DNA from: an uncultured Acidobacteriota bacterium
GTDB lineage: Bacteria > Acidobacteriota > UBA6911
NCBI GenBank assembly: GCA_963773605.1
Contig: CAVZBT010000012.1
Coordinates: 780,865-844,864 of the forward strand
Length of the DNA: 64,000 bases
Direction of reading: 5' to 3'
Made by a program: the position numbers and the translations under genes. This document shows, one piece after another, positions 60,672 to 64,000 of the stretch (position 1 is its first letter; the number at the start of each line of letters is the position of its first letter). Below the pieces are notes generated by a model that saw only the letters and a program-made list of their open reading frames with translations, was not told the origin of the DNA and did not search any database.

Positions 60672-61064
60672 ATGGACAACGAGAAGAATGTCGGAGCCGG
60701 TGGGACACCCGGAGGAATCGGCCAGTTTTTCGCCGGCTTGATAATGGCAGGGATCGGCGCCTACCTGTTCCTCAACCAGGTGGAAGTGACCACGTCGTGG
60801 GGACGGCTCTGGGGCTTTAACGCCTTCGGTCTGAGCCTGGTCCCGATGCTCGTCGGCGTCGGCATGCTCTTTTTCAACGGGAAATCGGCCGCCGGCTGGA
60901 TTCTGACGATCCTCGGTTTCGGGATCATCGTGGCGGGAGTATTGATGAACATGGACATCTACTTCCGGCCGACCTCGCTGTACAACACGCTTTTCATGCT
61001 CGCGCTGCTGGCCGCGGGGCTCGGGCTGATCACCCGTTCTCTGGCCCCGAGAAAAAGCGCCTGA
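60672..61064 (+). CDS. small integral membrane protein (3-4 TM), 130 aa
   Basis: GAGGAGGAA RBS. Hydrophobic helices GIGQFFAGLIMAGIGAYLFL, LSLVPMLVGVGMLFF, WILTILGFGIIVAGVLM, LFMLALLAAGLGLI. Confidence 0.6.
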   Translation: MDNEKNVGAGGTPGGIGQFFAGLIMAGIGAYLFLNQVEVTTSWGRLWGFNAFGLSLVPMLVGVGMLFFNGKSAAGWILTILGFGIIVAGVLMNMDIYFRPTSLYNTLFMLALLAAGLGLITRSLAPRKSA

Positions 61065-61066
61065 CG

Positions 61067-61813
61067 TCAGGGGGCCCGCCACACGACGTCCTTGTCGTTG
61101 CGGAACTCGAGGCCGGGGCCGCGGGGGAACAGCAGCATCATCACCCGCGAGATTCCCGCGACGTCGTTGAGGACCAGCCCCGGTGTGTTTTCCTTTTCGA
61201 GCATTCCCAGTACGGCCCTGGGCTTGTCCGCGGCGTCGAAGACGCGCACGACGGCGCGATCCGAACCGGCCGAGAGCTGCACGCCCCCGTGCTCCTTGGC
61301 GGCGAACAGGTGCAGGTAGGTGTTGTCCGCGCCCGAAGCGCCGAAGGCGGCCCTGGCCTCCCCCGCGATCCCGAGCAATCCGATTACAGGGCCTTGCGCC
61401 GCGACGCTCATGTTCAGCCGCCTCACCCCTGAACGGGAGAACATGCTCAGCACCGGGCCGTTCTGGGCGGCGCTCAGAACCATCGCCTGCTGGCCGGCGG
61501 GGTTATACAGGGTCAGCCCGGGACCATCCTCCTCGACCCCGACCGACACGGACGCCCTCTCCGTCTCGTCATAGAAGATCAGGACCGGGCGGCCGAGCTC
61601 GATGGCCATCTCCGCCCTCCTCTTGCCCTTTGCATCCCTCAGGGTGAACCTCCGGGCCTCGACATTGCGCACAACCTTGGCCTGCCCCATCCAGAAAAGC
61701 GCTCCGGCCGAGACGAGCACAAGCAGGCCAATCCTCTTGATGATCCGGTTCTGCACCTCGAGCTTGCGCAAACGCGCAAGGATTTCGCCCTGCGTCCGGT
61801 CATGGTCGCTCAT
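61067..61813 (-). CDS. membrane-anchored hypothetical protein
   Basis: Start at the internal Met (MSDHDRTQGEILARLRKLEVQNRIIKRIGLLVLVSAGALFWM, single TM anchor) with AAGGAGAA RBS. Confidence 0.5.
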   Translation of the reverse strand: MSDHDRTQGEILARLRKLEVQNRIIKRIGLLVLVSAGALFWMGQAKVVRNVEARRFTLRDAKGKRRAEMAIELGRPVLIFYDETERASVSVGVEEDGPGLTLYNPAGQQAMVLSAAQNGPVLSMFSRSGVRRLNMSVAAQGPVIGLLGIAGEARAAFGASGADNTYLHLFAAKEHGGVQLSAGSDRAVVRVFDAADKPRAVLGMLEKENTPGLVLNDVAGISRVMMLLFPRGPGLEFRNDKDVVWRAP

Positions 61814-62324
61814 GATTGTTCTCCTTGCGCCGGGGGTGCCGACGCGAGCACCCGTTGGTTTCATTGGGGGACCTCACTTGAAGCCTATCACCGCACTCGG
61901 GCGGTGGAAAGAAGCGACACGGGCACCCAGGCACGTACTTCCTGAGCGCTCCACAGGGCCTTGTGCATCGGCGGCGATTTTTTCACGGCTGCATAGGGGC
62001 TACGACCTCCTGGCCCCGCGCGGCAGGGTAGCGTGGCGCACGGGGCATCGTGACATGCCGCGGAGCAAACTCCCCCAGGCGTCGTACACGAGCGCCCGCT
62101 CGGGCGGGTCGTTGCCCTGACCTCCCTCATTCGTTGCAGCCCTGCTCTCTCCGGAAAAATTCCGCTGAGGGAATGGATTCGGGCAAACCAGGGATTACCA
62201 TGTTATGTGGCTGATGGAGGCACCAAATGTCTTCTGCCACGCCGCCGCCTCCGGGCTTCCGGGCCTGCGCGAGGCCTGAGAGCCGAACGTCACGTTAACC
62301 GAGGGAAATGGAGAGACACGAGCC

Positions 62325-63722
62325 ATGGACTACGACGCTATCGTAATCGGTGCGGGACAGGCGGGCGGACCTCTGGCTCAGGGGCTAGCGGATCAGGGCT
62401 GGAACGTCGCGCTGATCGAGAAAAGGCACCTGGGCGGAACGTGTGTGAATACCGGCTGCACGCCGACGAAAGTCATGGTTGCGCACGCCCAGATCGCCCA
62501 TTACGCGCGCCACGCTGGCCGCTGGGGAGTTCGAACGGGTCCTGTGAGCGTTGATCTGGCCGCAGTTGTCGCACGGAAGAACCAGGTCGTCGAGAACTTT
62601 AGAGGCGGACAGGAGAAGAAGGTGGATAGCCGCAAGACCCTGCACCTCTATCGGGGACAGGGCCGCTTTCTCGACCAGCATCGCGTGAAAGTCAACGGCA
62701 ACATTCTGGAGAGCCCCAGGATCTTCATCAACACAGGGACACGCCCTTCCACACCACGGATTGAGGGCCTGGATTCGATCGACTGGCTCACAAACGAAAG
62801 CATCATGGAATTGCAGCACATTCCCGGGCACCTTCTCATCCTGGGGGCGGGTTACATTGGGCTTGAATTCGGACAGATGTTCGAGCGCTTCGGAAGCCGC
62901 GTGACCATCATGCACAGCCACGGTCAGATTCTCCCCAGGGAAGATGCCGATGTCTCGGCGGAGCTCCAGAAAACTCTCCAGGCTGAAGGCGTCAGCTTCG
63001 TCCTGAATGCCCGATCCACTCACGCATCCGAAAAGAACGGGCAGATCGAGCTCGAGGTGGAGACGCCGACGGGCGCGCGCACGGTTGTGGGATCTCATCT
63101 CCTTGCGGCTGTCGGGAGAGCGCCAAATACTCCGGATCTTGGCCTCGAGAACGCGGGAGTCGAAACCGACAGCCGGGGCTACATAAAGGTGAACCACCGG
63201 CTGGAAACGAACATCCCCGGCATCTGGGCTCTGGGAGACGTTAAGGGAGGACCAGCCTTCACACACATTTCCTACAATGATTACCAGATCCTGTATGAAA
63301 ACGTCGTCGAGGGAAAGGCGCTCACGACGGCGGATCGTATCGTCCCATACTCGGTCTTCACCGATCCGCAACTCGGCCGCGTCGGGATGACCGAACGAGA
63401 AGCAAGGGAAAGCGGGATTCCGCTGAAGATCGGCAGGACTCCCATGACCTCCGTCGCACGCGCGATTGAGCGGGATGAAACCTCCGGTATCATGAAGATC
63501 ATCGTGGATGCGCGCGATGACCGTATTCTCGGCGCCGCGGTCCTGTCCACGGAGGGCGGGGAACTGGTTCAGATCCTGGGAACGGTGATGCTGGCACGGC
63601 TCCCGTACACCCTGCTGAAAGGAGCCGTATACATCCATCCGACGCTGGCCGAAGGCTTCTTCGCACTCATGGAGGATGTTCAACCTGCTGAAATCGACCA
63701 ACCTGCAGCAGCACGGCAGTAG
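62325..63722 (+). CDS. FAD-dependent pyridine nucleotide-disulfide oxidoreductase, class I (mercuric reductase/dihydrolipoamide dehydrogenase-like, no NmerA domain)
   Basis: FAD fold IVIGAGQAGGP, redox-active disulfide GGTCVNTGCTPTK, NAD fold LILGAGYIGLEFGQMF, C-terminal dimerisation domain ending in HPTLAEGF. Confidence 0.85.
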   Translation: MDYDAIVIGAGQAGGPLAQGLADQGWNVALIEKRHLGGTCVNTGCTPTKVMVAHAQIAHYARHAGRWGVRTGPVSVDLAAVVARKNQVVENFRGGQEKKVDSRKTLHLYRGQGRFLDQHRVKVNGNILESPRIFINTGTRPSTPRIEGLDSIDWLTNESIMELQHIPGHLLILGAGYIGLEFGQMFERFGSRVTIMHSHGQILPREDADVSAELQKTLQAEGVSFVLNARSTHASEKNGQIELEVETPTGARTVVGSHLLAAVGRAPNTPDLGLENAGVETDSRGYIKVNHRLETNIPGIWALGDVKGGPAFTHISYNDYQILYENVVEGKALTTADRIVPYSVFTDPQLGRVGMTEREARESGIPLKIGRTPMTSVARAIERDETSGIMKIIVDARDDRILGAAVLSTEGGELVQILGTVMLARLPYTLLKGAVYIHPTLAEGFFALMEDVQPAEIDQPAAARQ

Positions 63723-63819
63723 CAGCTTCCCGCAGCCTCACTCTGCCGTACCGAGGGTACGACGCGTCGGGGGTACGACGCGTCGGCCCCCGCGCGCCAA
63801 CCAGCCCACAACTCTGCTC

Positions 63820-64000
63820 ATGAGCACGGGGCTGACAATGGGAACGATCAGTTCGCTGTTCCGTTGCCAGACGGGAATCATCAACCAGGCGCAGTTCTCG
63901 GTGCTGGTGGCAGGTGCGGTATTCCCTACGTTCCTTGCCCAAAGGTACTTCCACCCGCACCATCTGCTTGACGCGCTGCCGGGAGGCAAAGTGGATCCCG
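63820..64000 (+). CDS. partial ORF at window edge, hydrophobic (membrane protein fragment?)
   Basis: MSTGLTMGTISSLFRCQTGIINQAQFSVLVAGAVFPTFLAQRYF... runs off the window end. No upstream in-frame stop for more than 100 nt, so the true start is unknown. Confidence 0.25.
   Translation, partial: MSTGLTMGTISSLFRCQTGIINQAQFSVLVAGAVFPTFLAQRYFHPHHLLDALPGGKVDP

Noticed and set aside
61864-62325. 460-bp intergenic gap with small ORFs (61888-62130 minus, 62207-62554 plus)
   Set aside because: The ORFs have no RBS and low-complexity products, and one overlaps the well-supported oxidoreductase gene in another frame. Possibly an untranslated leader or ncRNA, but nothing recognisable by eye.

Overview
This 64 kb window has roughly 66% GC and dense coding on both strands with no rRNA, no CRISPR and no recognisable transposase or integrase. 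It looks like a chromosomal segment from an Acidobacteria-like bacterium. The hints are a roughly 1200-aa TonB-dependent receptor with a carboxypeptidase-regulatory-like N-domain, two DUF1080 proteins, and a CRTAC1/ASPIC-UnbV protein.

About 50 genes can be supported. Upstream of the main locus are the TonB-dependent receptor, an FG-GAP/UnbV protein, a D-2-hydroxyacid dehydrogenase with a signal peptide, a DUF362 protein, aqpZ, an AlkD-like DNA alkylation repair protein, a DinB-family protein, and a MacAB-like ABC exporter operon. The exporter operon has two separate FtsX permeases, an HlyD adaptor and an ATPase. After it come a run of small secreted or glycine-zipper proteins, RidA, and an S9 peptidase.

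The centre of the window is a roughly 18 kb glycosylation island (24287-42343). It holds a Maf-like DUF115 glycosyltransferase gene, a winged-helix regulator, two tandem GT4 paralogs, a 1059-aa methyltransferase-GT2-GT4-TPR fusion enzyme, a GT2, a further GT4, an NHL-repeat protein, another GT2, rfbD, an NAD-dependent epimerase, and rfbC. The island has no flippase, polymerase, priming transferase or other membrane protein.

Downstream are a PP2C phosphatase, a protein with a signal peptide, a glycine-zipper segment and a VWA domain, a nitroreductase, a radical SAM protein, a giant NAD-specific glutamate dehydrogenase, a HAD hydrolase, a DUF885 protein, lgt, and a mercuric-reductase-like disulfide oxidoreductase.

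Three things stand out beyond ordinary annotation:
- **Soluble-only glycosylation island.** Three unrelated proteins in it (the regulator, the fusion enzyme and a GT2) end in the same roughly 90-aa Rossmann-like module.
- **Palindromic repeat family.** A previously unnamed 107-125 bp intergenic repeat occurs at eight or more loci, twice as head-to-tail tandem arrays of three to five copies.
- **Frameshifts at homopolymers.** At least five conserved genes are broken by single-nucleotide frameshifts, four of them at visible C or G homopolymer runs. Sequencing error is more likely than true pseudogenisation.
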